64,000 nucleotides of DNA from Candidatus Parcubacteria bacterium (GCA_034666125.1 JAXDML010000010.1:52260-116259); one strand, 5' to 3'; counted from the first letter of the stretch, positions 21,427 to 30,985 are shown. Notes: a model not told the origin generated them from the letters alone. Numbers and translations are program-made.

Positions 21427-22140
21427 ATGGTTGCAATCATCCCTGCCATCCTGCCGACCTCGCGCGAAGACCTCGACGCGCGGCTTAACCGGCTCCACGG
21501 CATCACGGAGCGGGTGCAGATAGACGTCGTCGACGGGCGGTTCGTCACGCCCGCGTCCTGGCCCTATGCGCAGAAAGTGGACGTGCAAAAGCTCACGGAA
21601 GATTCGCTTCCCGAACTCGGCTCGTTCCGCTTCGAGATCGACCTCATGGCGGAAGAGCCTGAGAAGTCCATCGGTCCCTGGATACGGGCAGGAGCGACGC
21701 GCATCACGGTGCATGCTGAAACCACGCGGAGACTCCCCGACCTCATCCGCGACTTCCAGGTCACGTACGGGCATGACAAGGGCTTCGCGCCGGGGCTCAT
21801 CGCCTTCGGGCTCGCGATCAACCTCGCGACCGACACCTCGCTCATCGAGCCGTACCTCGACCAGTGCGACTACGTCCAGTTCATGGGCATCGCGCGGATC
21901 GGGAAGCAGGGCGAGCCGTTCGCTCCGGCAGTCCTCCCGAAGATCCATGCGTTCCATCGCAAGTACCCCGACATGCTCATACAGGTCGATGGCGGCGTAT
22001 CCCGCGAGACCGCGCCGCGCCTCCTTGCGGCCGGCGCGTCGCGGCTTATCGTGGGCTCCGATCTCTGGAACGCCCCTAACCTCGGACGCGAGATGAAGGA
22101 GCTCTGCGACATCGCGGAGACGCGCGGGCTCTACACGTAA
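21427..22140 (+). CDS. rpe: Ribulose-phosphate 3-epimerase family
   Basis: 'IPAILPT...RVQIDVVDGRFV' and 'IQVDGGVSRETAPRLLAAGASRLIVGS' resemble Rpe motifs. Confidence 0.75.
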   Translation: MVAIIPAILPTSREDLDARLNRLHGITERVQIDVVDGRFVTPASWPYAQKVDVQKLTEDSLPELGSFRFEIDLMAEEPEKSIGPWIRAGATRITVHAETTRRLPDLIRDFQVTYGHDKGFAPGLIAFGLAINLATDTSLIEPYLDQCDYVQFMGIARIGKQGEPFAPAVLPKIHAFHRKYPDMLIQVDGGVSRETAPRLLAAGASRLIVGSDLWNAPNLGREMKELCDIAETRGLYT

Positions 22141-22160
22141 CGCGTGGTATCCTTTCGTTG

Positions 22161-23018
22161 ATGGCCCTTACGGACTCCGAAGTACAGGCGCTCGAAGAAA
22201 GGGCGACAGCGATACGCGAGACGATACTCTCCATGCTCGTATCGGCGGGAAGCGGGCACACCGCAGGTCCGCTCGGCATGACCGACATCTTCACCGCCTT
22301 CTATTTCCATATCCTCGCCCACGATCCGAAGAGCCCTGACGATCCCTCACGCGACTATCTGATACTTTCGAACGGACACATCGCCCCGGTACGATACGCG
22401 ACGATGGCGCATGCGGGATACTTCCCGGTAGAGGAGTGCCAGACGCTCCGCAAGTTCGGCTCGCGCCTGCAGGGGCATCCGGAGCGCACCAAGCTCCCCG
22501 GGCTCGAGACCACGTCCGGGCCGCTCGGTTCAGGACTTTCGCAAGCCTCCGGTATCGCGTACGCGCTCCGCATGGACGACAAGAAAAACCGGGTGTATTG
22601 CTTGATGAGCGACGGCGAGCAGCAGGAGGGGAATACGTGGGAGGCCGCAATGTTCGCGGGAAAGTATAAGCTTTCGAATATGACGGCGGTCATGGACCGC
22701 AACAATATCCAGATCGACGGCATGACGGAGGACATCATGCCGCTCGAGTCCCTGCGCGCGAAATACGAGGCCTTCAACTGGCACGTGCTCGAGGTGAACG
22801 GACACGACATCCCGGCCTTCATCGCAGCGGTCGAAGAGTCGAAGGCCATCTATGAGAAGCCGACCCTCATCATCGCGCATACCATCCCCGGCAAGGGCGT
22901 GAAGGAGATCGAGTTCGACTATAGATGGCATGGCAAGCCGCCGTCTAAGGAAGAAGTCGTGCGGTTCTTGAAGGAAATTCGATCGCTGAAAGGCCGGGTG
23001 CCGGGAGAATATGCATAG
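22161..23018 (+). CDS. tkt: Transketolase, N-terminal (TPP-binding) subunit
   Basis: 'GSGHTAGPLGMTDIFTAFYF...LSNGHIAPVRYATMAHAGY...GHPE' is the TK N-terminal region; stop after about 286 aa. An upstream TTG at 22158 is also possible. Confidence 0.9.
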   Translation: MALTDSEVQALEERATAIRETILSMLVSAGSGHTAGPLGMTDIFTAFYFHILAHDPKSPDDPSRDYLILSNGHIAPVRYATMAHAGYFPVEECQTLRKFGSRLQGHPERTKLPGLETTSGPLGSGLSQASGIAYALRMDDKKNRVYCLMSDGEQQEGNTWEAAMFAGKYKLSNMTAVMDRNNIQIDGMTEDIMPLESLRAKYEAFNWHVLEVNGHDIPAFIAAVEESKAIYEKPTLIIAHTIPGKGVKEIEFDYRWHGKPPSKEEVVRFLKEIRSLKGRVPGEYA

Positions 23019-23412
23019 TATGGAAGCACTTGAGGACGAGATTCGCGAATACCTTGTCGAGCGCAAGTGGGACCAGCTCCGGCCCGGCGACCTCGCCAAA
23101 TCGGTCGCCATAGAGGCCGGGGAACTCCTGGAGCTGTTCCAGTGGGACAATCCGTCGCTTGCCGAAGTGAAGGCGAATCCGGAGCGTCTCGCGGAGATAC
23201 GGAAAGAACTTGCCGATGTCCTGCTCTACTGCCTCGATATAGCGGTGCTGCTTGAGTTTGATACGGTACAGGTCGTAAAGGACAAGCTTGAGAAAGTGAG
23301 GCACAAGTATCCTGCAGCGCTCTTCAAGGATCGCGCGGAGGGGACCGACGCCGGTACCGAGGATATTTATTGGCAGATAAAAAGAGAGCACCGCCAAAAA
23401 GGAACATCATGA
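23011..23412 (+). CDS. MazG-like nucleotide pyrophosphohydrolase domain protein
   Basis: 'EYLVERKWDQ...SVAIEAGELLELFQW...LADVLLYCLDIAVLLEFD' is a small all-alpha MazG/NTP-PPase-like fold. Overlaps tkt-N by 8 nt and tkt-C by 3 nt. Confidence 0.6.
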   Translation: MHSMEALEDEIREYLVERKWDQLRPGDLAKSVAIEAGELLELFQWDNPSLAEVKANPERLAEIRKELADVLLYCLDIAVLLEFDTVQVVKDKLEKVRHKYPAALFKDRAEGTDAGTEDIYWQIKREHRQKGTS

Positions 23413-24398
23413 TCAGTCCCGCTGCAAAACTCGTCGAGAACGTTTTCGATAAGGATATAGAAAGGAAACCGACGCGCGACGGTTTCGGTCTCGGCACCGT
23501 GGAAGCGGGGAAAGCCGACCCGAACGTGGTCGTCCTTTGTGCCGACCTCAAGGAATCGACGCGCGCCGAGTGGTTCGAGAAGGAGTTCCCGGACCGCTTC
23601 GTCGAGATGGGAGTGGCCGAGCAGAATATGGCGACCGTAGCCGCAGGCATGGCTGCGGTCGGGAAGATACCTTTTATAGCGTCGTACGCGGCCTTCAGTC
23701 CCGGACGCAACTACGAGCAGATACGCACGACCATCGCGTTGAACGACGTGCCGGTGAAGGTCTGCGGCATGCACGCGGGCGTGTCGGTGGGTCCCGACGG
23801 CGCGACCCATCAGATGCTCGAGGATGTCGGCATGATGCGCATGCTGCCGAATATGGTCGTCATCAATCCCGGAGATGCTGAGGAGGCGAGGAAGGCCGTA
23901 GTCGCTGCAGCGAAGCATCCGGGTCCCGTGTACCTACGGTTCGGGCGTTCGGGGGTGCCGGTCTTCACGACTGCCGATACGCCGTTCGAGATAGGGAAGG
24001 CGCTCACGCTCTGGGAGGACGAAAGACCGAAGGTGGCGCTCCTTTCGACCGGCGGACTTTCATACGCGGCGGTCCAGGCGGCGCGCGCGCTGAGCGCGGA
24101 CGGCGTCGGTGCCATCGTACTGCACGTGCCGACCATCAAGCCTCTCGACGAGGAAGCGGTCATAGCTGTCGCGAAGCGCGCAGGAAAGGTCGTCACCATC
24201 GAGGAGCACCAGACCATGGGCGGCTTCGGGAGTGCGGTCAGCGAACTCCTATCAGAGAAGTTTCCCGTACGCATCAAACGGCTCGGCATCGACGACCAGT
24301 TCGGTCAGTCGGGAGAGCCAGACGAGCTTCTCGCCCACTATGGGCTTTCGGCTCCGGGTATCGTCGAAGAGGCGCAGAAACTGATACGAAATGCTTAA
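23410..24398 (+). CDS. tkt: Transketolase, C-terminal (pyrimidine-binding plus C-terminal domain) subunit
   Basis: 'DGFGLGTVEAGKADPNVVVLCADLKESTRAEWFEKEFPDRFVEMGVAEQNMATVAAGMAAVGKIPF...GPDGATHQMLEDVGMMRMLPNMVV'. Start chosen at ATG 23410 (MISPAAKL); the ORF is open from 23370. Confidence 0.9.
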
Positions 24399-24595
24399 GC
24401 GCCATATCAGTATCTATATGGGTGCGCTCCTTATAACGGTTTTGGGTGCCGCAGCGACAGTAGCGATTACACGCACGGCAGCAGAGGTCGATTCTTTTAT
24501 GTATACGGATACATATTTTGCGCCTACAGGCGAAGGGTCCGAGAGTGCTGAATAGTCGAGTTCGAAACCTACTCTCTCAACAAATAAACAGAAGA

Positions 24596-24635
24596 CCGCC
24601 CACCGAGAAAGGGGACCCGGTGGGTCGGCTTTCTG
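24596..24635. terminator. Stem-loop (cccaccg/cggtggg, 12-nt loop) with T-rich flank on the minus strand; likely terminator of minus gene 24668..24901, possibly also of the tkt operon
   Basis: Read directly; the minus-strand reading is followed by tcttctgtttatttg. Confidence 0.4.
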
Positions 24636-24667
24636 CGATGAGCGGGTGCTCAGCGACTTTGGCTTCC

Positions 24668-24901
24668 TTAGCCGAGATTCGTTCTTCCTGCCTCGCGACC
24701 GAGCATAAGGAGGAACGCGACGACTGCGATAATGATCAGGTTGGCGATCCAGTCCCATTGCAGCCACAGGTGAAGAAGGGCGGCGTTGGCCAGCAGCAGG
24801 GCGGCGAAAATCACGAACGTGTGCCACCTCACTTCACCAAGGAACCGCATGGAAAGGGCGGACAGGGCCAGAGCCCAGAGGTAGAGGTAATAGGGGTACA
24901 T
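24668..24901 (-). CDS. Small two-TM membrane protein, unknown function
   Basis: 77 aa, two hydrophobic helices (YLYLWALALSALS...; ANLIIIAVVAFLLML). Followed by a minus-strand hairpin plus T tract. No homology recognised. Confidence 0.35.
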   Translation of the reverse strand: MYPYYLYLWALALSALSMRFLGEVRWHTFVIFAALLLANAALLHLWLQWDWIANLIIIAVVAFLLMLGREAGRTNLG

Positions 24902-25040
24902 CCCAGCCTCCTCACATTCGAGTTTCAGAACGTCATCACCATATCAATACTCTCAACTCTTGTCTACGACAAGAAGGCGGGATGTCTTTGGGAAGTTCCA
25001 ACATCGTCCCAGACTGCCAGCAATAAGTTAGAATTTCTGA

Positions 25041-25508
25041 ATGCGTTCAGTGGAATCTCTAATAGATCCAGAGAAATATCAGGTATTTCTTATGAGTTGC
25101 CCGGCGAGTTTGCCGCTTAGCTTTGCGGTACACCCGTGGTTTGTAGTTAATAGGAAGGGAGAAGTCTCACGTTGGGAAGTCACCTGGCGACCGACAATGC
25201 GTTCAACAGAAAAGTCATGGACTCATCTTAGGCGCAATATGCTGCCTCCGTTCTATGGGCTTCGCATCCTTCGTTCTTGGGAGAGATGCCGATGGAAGGG
25301 TAAGCTGCTTGATTTTATCGAAGGAGACGAATCGTCTTTGGCAGCACGTATGGTTAAAAGTATTGAAGAGTCTTCAACTACCTACCCGAACAAAGATACC
25401 TATTCTTTTACCGGTCCCAACAGCAACACGTATATTCAGTGGATCCTTGATCAGTTCCCGGAGGCGCATATGAACCTTCCCTGGAATTCGTTCGGCAAGT
25501 CCTGGTGA
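25041..25508 (+). CDS. Conserved protein of unknown function, 155 aa (paralog of 27265..27738)
   Basis: Shares 'YQVFLM...HPWFVVN.KG.VSRW...LPPF.G..IL......GPNSNTY.QW.LDQFPE..L.LPWN.FGK' with the second copy. Confidence 0.6.
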   Translation: MRSVESLIDPEKYQVFLMSCPASLPLSFAVHPWFVVNRKGEVSRWEVTWRPTMRSTEKSWTHLRRNMLPPFYGLRILRSWERCRWKGKLLDFIEGDESSLAARMVKSIEESSTTYPNKDTYSFTGPNSNTYIQWILDQFPEAHMNLPWNSFGKSW

Positions 25509-25538
25509 ACAACCCGCAAGACTCCCGGCTACTTCGCA

Positions 25539-26375
25539 CTAAGCGGTTGTCGTAGATTGAGGTTCTACTTCAACCGACAAAGCCAGATGGTCCGAGCCGG
25601 AGGCGACGGTCTCTGCATGAACCCTGGTCCAGTGCGGCGATATGAAAATATGGTCGAGGGCTCTCTGAAGAAATCTAGGAAGGAAGACTGGGCAGGTCAG
25701 TTTCTCATCCGGGTCTGCAGATACGAGCCCTAACAACCTGAAGCTGGGGTTTGCATACAGTGCGGTTTCATTCTCATTCCAATCGCCCGCAAGGACGGCC
25801 TCATTTCCGAGTGCACGCTCCTTCGTAGTCATCTCTGCGATATACGCGAGCTGTTTGACGAACATGGCGGGATTCCGGTAAGTGAGGTGCACGCCGAATA
25901 TAGTTAGCGGTCTTGCCTTTAGGCGAATGCCCGCCATGCCGGCTCCGCCTCCCATGCTTGGGCGCTGGGGCATGGAACACGGAATGATCTCGCCCGGCTC
26001 TTTCGTTGCGACCACGATGGAAATGGTCGTGCCGGGGTAATGCTCGCTTAAACCCCATGCGATGGTCTGGAATCCCATAGCACGAAGCTCTCTTTCGATG
26101 CGCTCGTGGTACAGCTCGTATAGCGCCTCGTTAAGTATCAAGATATCCGGTGCTATACGCTGTATAAGCTCTAAATACGGGTCAAGATACTGATGCTTCT
26201 TCACATAGGCGATCCGCTTCCCCTTCGATATGCGGGAACTCCTGCCGCGCAGGAAAGGGAAGAACTCATACGTCAGTACGCCCCATCCATGCATGTGCAG
26301 ATGGCGCTTAAGGTTCGTGGCAAACCGATCCATGCCGGTGAAGCCGAAGGCAGTATTGATCGTCAGGATCTTCAT
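25539..26375 (-). CDS. Endonuclease/exonuclease/phosphatase (EEP) family protein
   Basis: 'DILILNE' (N-terminal catalytic Glu motif), 'GDWNE', 'SDHLAL' (catalytic His motif). 278 aa, no signal peptide. Confidence 0.75.
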   Translation of the reverse strand: MKILTINTAFGFTGMDRFATNLKRHLHMHGWGVLTYEFFPFLRGRSSRISKGKRIAYVKKHQYLDPYLELIQRIAPDILILNEALYELYHERIERELRAMGFQTIAWGLSEHYPGTTISIVVATKEPGEIIPCSMPQRPSMGGGAGMAGIRLKARPLTIFGVHLTYRNPAMFVKQLAYIAEMTTKERALGNEAVLAGDWNENETALYANPSFRLLGLVSADPDEKLTCPVFLPRFLQRALDHIFISPHWTRVHAETVASGSDHLALSVEVEPQSTTTA

Positions 26376-26387
26376 AGAAGCTAACCG

Positions 26388-27221
26388 CTAAGGACTTATT
26401 AGTTCCGATACGACTGCTAAGTGATCGGATCCGAACGATCTGTAGTGCGTATCGGATGCGCGCCATCCGGGAGGCAGGAATACGTGGTCGTAGTCGAACC
26501 GGAGGAACGTGGGCCCGAGGAGCGTAGTCGGTTGCTTGGTAACGGTCGATAATCCCAGCGCCCTGAATGAAGGAATGCGATCGAGGCCTTTCGCACGTTG
26601 GTTGAAGTCGCCCGCAAGGATGCATATTCGACCGTTGCTCCCTTCGGTCTTGTAGATGCCGATCAGGTCTTGAACCTGGCGTTCCGATAGGCTGCGTAGG
26701 CCCACGGTCAGATGCGCACCGACGATAGTCACCGCTTGTTTTTCAAGCCTCAATCCCGAGATGCCGGCACCGCCTGAGATCTGCTGGAGCTGCGTCATCG
26801 TCGGCGCGAATCCATCATCAAGGCACGGTAGGCGTGAAGCGACCACGGCCGTAGCCGTAAGGTGGGGAGGCTGCAAACTCTTGCCCCAACCGATATGAGC
26901 GAATCCTAACTCCTCAAGTCCTTTTCTCAAAGGTTCCTCGTGGATCTGATGCAGGATCTCGGTCAGTACGACGATGTCTGGCTTTTCTTCCGCAATGAGC
27001 GCAAGCACGGGACGTACTGTGCTATGCGCGGAGAAGAAGGCGATACCTTTCCGACCTGGCCCCGTATTGTAATTGAAAATACTCCCGAACCGGCCGCTGG
27101 TGAGTAGGTAGGGAAATATCTTCCAACCATAAAGCTTGATGAGCGAAGATAAACATCGGACCACTGAATCCGAACCCGGGATCCCGAGCGCGATATTCGC
27201 GGTCATGATCTTCAATGACAT
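26388..27221 (-). CDS. EEP family protein, paralog of 25539..26375
   Basis: 'DIVVLTE', 'GDFNQ', 'SDHLAV'. Start chosen at M9 (MSLKIMTANIALG) by alignment to the paralog; the ORF is open to 27245. Confidence 0.75.
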   Translation of the reverse strand: MSLKIMTANIALGIPGSDSVVRCLSSLIKLYGWKIFPYLLTSGRFGSIFNYNTGPGRKGIAFFSAHSTVRPVLALIAEEKPDIVVLTEILHQIHEEPLRKGLEELGFAHIGWGKSLQPPHLTATAVVASRLPCLDDGFAPTMTQLQQISGGAGISGLRLEKQAVTIVGAHLTVGLRSLSERQVQDLIGIYKTEGSNGRICILAGDFNQRAKGLDRIPSFRALGLSTVTKQPTTLLGPTFLRFDYDHVFLPPGWRASDTHYRSFGSDHLAVVSELISP

Positions 27222-27264
27222 GGAAAGATAGTAACACCGAGCCAACAGTTGCTATGCTGGAAAC

Positions 27265-27738
27265 ATGGACGGAAAAGCGGCAGAAAAGCTCCTTAGACCG
27301 GATCGATATCAGGTCTTTTTGATGATAGGCCGATCACAGGTCCTCTTCGCACCGCACCCCTGGTTTGTAGTGAATAAGAAGGGAATCGTATCCCGCTGGG
27401 CGATCGGTCTCAGGACTATGAGGAGAAATCCCCGGTGGGGTTACATAAACAAAGACGCCCTCCCTCCTTTCGCGGGCGTCCCGATACTTTGGCCGATCTG
27501 GAAAAGTACGCTGGTGGGATACGTTGAAGGAGGGGAGGGCTCCTTAGCGGCGCGAATGATAGAGCGCATTGAGGGCTCCTATGAATCTTATCCGTACCGC
27601 GATAGGTACACTCTCACCGGCCCCAACAGCAACACGTACGTACAATGGCTTCTCGATCAATTTCCGGAGTCGGGACTCAAGCTTCCATGGAACGCGTTCG
27701 GGAAAGGGTATAGAAGGTTCGGAGCCCCCGTGACGTAG
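27265..27738 (+). CDS. Conserved protein of unknown function, 157 aa (paralog of 25041..25508)
   Basis: See 25041..25508; diverges from the second EEP gene. Confidence 0.6.
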   Translation: MDGKAAEKLLRPDRYQVFLMIGRSQVLFAPHPWFVVNKKGIVSRWAIGLRTMRRNPRWGYINKDALPPFAGVPILWPIWKSTLVGYVEGGEGSLAARMIERIEGSYESYPYRDRYTLTGPNSNTYVQWLLDQFPESGLKLPWNAFGKGYRRFGAPVT

Positions 27739-27759
27739 AAGCCGCGCTATACTTTATGT

Positions 27760-28161
27760 ATGGAAGAGAAAAAGCCGGCGGAACGCTTCTCGGTCGTTAA
27801 GCGCGCGAAGAGCTTTACCCACGCCGGGCGAGGTCTTTGGATCTTCGTGCGAACGACGCACAACGCTTGGGTGCACCTCTTCGTCCTGGTCTTGGCGATA
27901 CTGCTCGGGATCTATTTCCACATTTCGTACATCGACTGGATGCTCCTTATTTTTGCAGGTGGCATGGTACTTGCCGCCGAAGCGTTCAATACGGCGATCG
28001 AAATAGATATCGATCTGACCTCGCCCGAATATCATCCCTATGCACGGGACACCAAGGATGTTGCCGCTGGCGCCGTCCTTATCTCGGCAGTGACCGCCGC
28101 GCTGATAGGCGTCGGCATATTCGGCCACTACTTCGTCGACCTCCTGGGCGGACTGCACTAA
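27760..28161 (+). CDS. dgkA: Diacylglycerol kinase / undecaprenol kinase family (prokaryotic DgkA)
   Basis: Three TM segments and 'EAFNTAIEIDIDL', 'AKDTKDVAAGAVL'-like motifs typical of DgkA. Confidence 0.7.
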   Translation: MEEKKPAERFSVVKRAKSFTHAGRGLWIFVRTTHNAWVHLFVLVLAILLGIYFHISYIDWMLLIFAGGMVLAAEAFNTAIEIDIDLTSPEYHPYARDTKDVAAGAVLISAVTAALIGVGIFGHYFVDLLGGLH

Positions 28162-28194
28162 GGGAGAATGTCGTTTGGGCGAGTTAGCGAGTAT

Positions 28195-29187
28195 CTAGAA
28201 CTCCGAAAGCCTATACTCCGGCGGCGCGGCATGCAGATATCCTTCGAGCTGCGCGCGCGTAAGCAGTCCCTTCTGCGCGCCGACCTCCTGCACTACGGCC
28301 ATGGAATTGACCGGTCCCCAGAGGAGCGCTTCCTCGAGCGGCACGCTTGCGGCAATCGCGCTCGTGACGGTGGATGCGAATGCGTCTCCCGCACCCGTGC
28401 GCTCATAGGGTCCTCGCACGTCCGGATACATCGGAATGCGCAGCCGCTTATTTCCCGCAAGCGCATACGCGCCGTTGGTGCCGTCGGTGATGACGACGAT
28501 GGCGGGACCCAGGTCGCGGATGCCTTGCAGAAGCATCTCGATCGGGGGGACGGACGATAGCTCAAGGATACGTGCCGCCTCCTCCTTGTTGCAGAAGAAA
28601 AGGTCCGTTCGTTTGTATAACGGCAGGAGTGCGTCCACGCCGAGCTTCATCTGGAACGTGCCCGGCTGGAAGGCGAGGCGCGTGTTCGGCACGGTGTCGA
28701 GGAGACGCATAAGAGCCTGGTGATAGGGGAGAGAATTCGCGGCGAGTGAAGAGAGGTAGATCCACTTCGGCTCGTGGTCGAGGACGGGCACCTGATACGA
28801 GAATTCCTCGTGCTTCACGAGGATCGTGCGCTCGTTGCCGTACCAGAGGACGTAGTGGTAGTTCGTTAACTTGCCGCGCTCGGTGACCATGTAGTCCGTG
28901 CGGACGCCTTCGCGGGCGAGTACGTCGAGGCACTCCGGTCCGTACCGGTCGTCGCCCACGTACGCGCGGAGCGCCGACGTAAGACCAAGCCTCGCAGCCG
29001 CCACCGCCGCGTTCGAGGCGTTCCCGACCGCAGGCACCAGGGTTGCGCTCTCATAAGGGATCTTGTCGCCGAAGCGCATGCAGATCGTACAGGTGCCCGC
29101 GTCCATATTGCAGTGCGTCTCCGCGTCTTTAAGCTTGATGAAGGGCTCGGTGACAATGTCGCCAATGGCCAGAAAATCGAGTTCCAT
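28195..29187 (-). CDS. PfkB-family carbohydrate kinase (ribokinase-like)
   Basis: 'GAGDAFASTV' C-terminal PfkB signature. Start chosen at ATG (MELDFLAIGD) to avoid overlap with fba; the ORF is open to 29355. Confidence 0.75.
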   Translation of the reverse strand: MELDFLAIGDIVTEPFIKLKDAETHCNMDAGTCTICMRFGDKIPYESATLVPAVGNASNAAVAAARLGLTSALRAYVGDDRYGPECLDVLAREGVRTDYMVTERGKLTNYHYVLWYGNERTILVKHEEFSYQVPVLDHEPKWIYLSSLAANSLPYHQALMRLLDTVPNTRLAFQPGTFQMKLGVDALLPLYKRTDLFFCNKEEAARILELSSVPPIEMLLQGIRDLGPAIVVITDGTNGAYALAGNKRLRIPMYPDVRGPYERTGAGDAFASTVTSAIAASVPLEEALLWGPVNSMAVVQEVGAQKGLLTRAQLEGYLHAAPPEYRLSEF

Positions 29188-29239
29188 GTTCGCAGTATAG
29201 CAGCGAAGCCCGCTTCCATATGCGCTATACTCTCCGTAC

Positions 29240-30235
29240 ATGCTTGACCTTTCAGATATCGCACAGCGGCTTGTTGCGCCAGGGAAGGGAATCTTAGCTG
29301 CCGATGAAAGCGACGAGAGCGCAGACAAGCGGCTTGCCTCGTACGGCATAGGCAAGGGAGAGGAAATGCACCGGAAGTTCCGGGAGCTCTTTCTCGATAC
29401 TCCCGAGATCGAAGACTATCTTTCGGGAGTCATTCTCTATAAAGAGACGCTGTACCAGAAGGACGACCAGGGTATTCGCTTCGAGGAAGGGCTGCGCGCG
29501 CGCGGCATCCTCCCCGGCATCAAGGTGGACGAGGGTCTCGAACCCTTCCCGGAGAGCCCGAAGGAGTCCATCACGAACGGGCTGCTCGGACTTTCCGACC
29601 GCCTCCTTATATATAAGATGAAGCACGATACGGGCTTCACTAAGTGGCGCGCGGCCATAACCATCGAGGGCGATTCGCTCCCGACCCAGCAGGCCATACA
29701 CGAGAACGCGAAGCGCCTCGCCGCGTATGCCCAGTGCGTGCAGCACGCCGGCATGGTGCCCATACTCGAGCCGGAGGTGCTCTTGGAAGGGAAGCACAGC
29801 CGCGTGCGCTCGCGCGAAGTGCTCACGAACGTGCTCGAGACCCTGGTGGCCGCGCTCGAGGACCGCGCGGTGGACATGAGCGCCGTCATCGTGAAGACGG
29901 CGATGGCCATCTCCGGGAACAAGAGCGGGCGCATGGATGCGCCCGAGGAGGTCGCGCAGGATACCGTCGCCGCGCTCATGGAGGCCGTGCCCGCGCAGGT
30001 CCCCGGCATCGTGTTCCTGTCGGGCGGACAGACCCCCGACCAGGCGACCCGGAACCTTGCAGCGATAACCAGGGAAGCGCGCGCGAAGCATGCGCCCTGG
30101 CCCCTCACCTTCAGCTACTCGCGCGCGCTCCAGGACGAGGCGCTGGCTATATGGAAAGGGAAGGACGAGAACGTCCCTGCCGCGCGCGAAGCATTCCTCG
30201 CACGCCTCAAGCAGGTCGCCGAGGCGATTGCCTAA
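29240..30235 (+). CDS. fba: Fructose-bisphosphate aldolase, class I
   Basis: 'APGKGILAADESDESADKRL' class I aldolase N-terminal motif; 331 aa. Confidence 0.85.
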   Translation: MLDLSDIAQRLVAPGKGILAADESDESADKRLASYGIGKGEEMHRKFRELFLDTPEIEDYLSGVILYKETLYQKDDQGIRFEEGLRARGILPGIKVDEGLEPFPESPKESITNGLLGLSDRLLIYKMKHDTGFTKWRAAITIEGDSLPTQQAIHENAKRLAAYAQCVQHAGMVPILEPEVLLEGKHSRVRSREVLTNVLETLVAALEDRAVDMSAVIVKTAMAISGNKSGRMDAPEEVAQDTVAALMEAVPAQVPGIVFLSGGQTPDQATRNLAAITREARAKHAPWPLTFSYSRALQDEALAIWKGKDENVPAAREAFLARLKQVAEAIA

Positions 30236-30250
30236 CAGGCTACAGACTTG

Positions 30251-30270
30251 CCCGAAAGCGCGCTTTCGGG
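30251..30270. promoter_or_regulatory. Perfect palindrome cccgaaagcgcgctttcggg between fba and rplY (hairpin/attenuator or terminator without U tract)
   Basis: Read directly. Confidence 0.3.
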
Positions 30271-30285
30271 CATACTCTCCCAATC

Positions 30286-30933
30286 ATGACCATTACGCTC
30301 AACGCTACGAAGCGCCAGGAGATCGGCAGGGCTTCCCGGAAACTCGCCGCTGACGACCGGATGCCGGCCATCGTATACGGGCCGAAACAGAAGGCCGAAG
30401 CCATAACGCTCTCGGTTCCGGAATTCAAGAAAGTGCTCCGCGACGCGGGAGAGTCCTCCGTCATAGAACTCAAGGGCTTGGGCAGCACGCTCCAGGTGCT
30501 CATCCACGAAGTGGACCGCGACCCGGTGACGACCATACCGCGCCACGCCGACCTGTACGCCATCGAGAAAGGCGCGAAGGTGGAAGTGGCGGTGCCGCTC
30601 ACGTTCGCCGGCGAATCCTTCGCAGTAAAGACCGGCGCCAACCTGGTGAAGGTCATGCACGAGCTTCCGATCGAGGCAGAAGCTGCGGATCTCCCGCACG
30701 AGATCGAGGTGGATATTTCAGTATTGAATGCCGTAGGCGACCAGATACACGTAAAGGACCTCAAGCTGCCCAAGGGAGTCATCGCGCAAGTGGAGGAAGA
30801 CGAGGTCGTCGCGCTCATCCAGGAAGTCGAGGTAGAGGCCGAGGAGGAGACCGCCGCGCCGGACATGGCCGCCATCGAGGTGGAGCAGAAGGGCAAGGAA
30901 GAGGGAGCGGAGGAGAAGAAGGAGGGAGAATAG
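30286..30933 (+). CDS. rplY: Ribosomal protein L25 / general stress protein Ctc with acidic C-terminal tail
   Basis: 'MTITLNATKRQEIGRASRKLAADDRMPAIVYGPKQKAEAITL' L25 N-terminus. In-frame ATG at 30286 within the longer artefactual ORF 29644..30933. Confidence 0.85.
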   Translation: MTITLNATKRQEIGRASRKLAADDRMPAIVYGPKQKAEAITLSVPEFKKVLRDAGESSVIELKGLGSTLQVLIHEVDRDPVTTIPRHADLYAIEKGAKVEVAVPLTFAGESFAVKTGANLVKVMHELPIEAEAADLPHEIEVDISVLNAVGDQIHVKDLKLPKGVIAQVEEDEVVALIQEVEVEAEEETAAPDMAAIEVEQKGKEEGAEEKKEGE

Positions 30934-30945
30934 CCTATACGTGCT

Positions 30946-30985
30946 GAAGCGAAAAGCCGCGGGTTCACCCACGGCTTTTCGCTTC
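30946..30985 (+). terminator. Hairpin gaagcgaaaagccg-N12-cggcttttcgcttc after rplY
   Basis: Perfect 14-bp stem read directly. Confidence 0.5.

Noticed and set aside
19018-24398. Transketolase halves as a frameshifted pseudogene
   Set aside because: The N-terminal gene ends cleanly with a stop. A complete MazG-like ORF lies between them. The C-terminal gene has its own ATG. Split tkt is a known arrangement in archaea and CPR, so I call them two genes.
24414-24827. 137-aa minus-strand ORF overlapping the small two-TM ORF
   Set aside because: Arg/Ser/Pro-rich with no hydrophobic core. The overlapping 77-aa ORF has a coherent membrane-protein composition and a downstream terminator. Neither ORF is strongly supported.
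29644-30933. 429-aa ORF spanning the fba 3' half and rplY
   Set aside because: The upstream 640 nt are an out-of-frame overlap with the well-supported class I aldolase gene. The real gene is rplY starting at ATG 30286.
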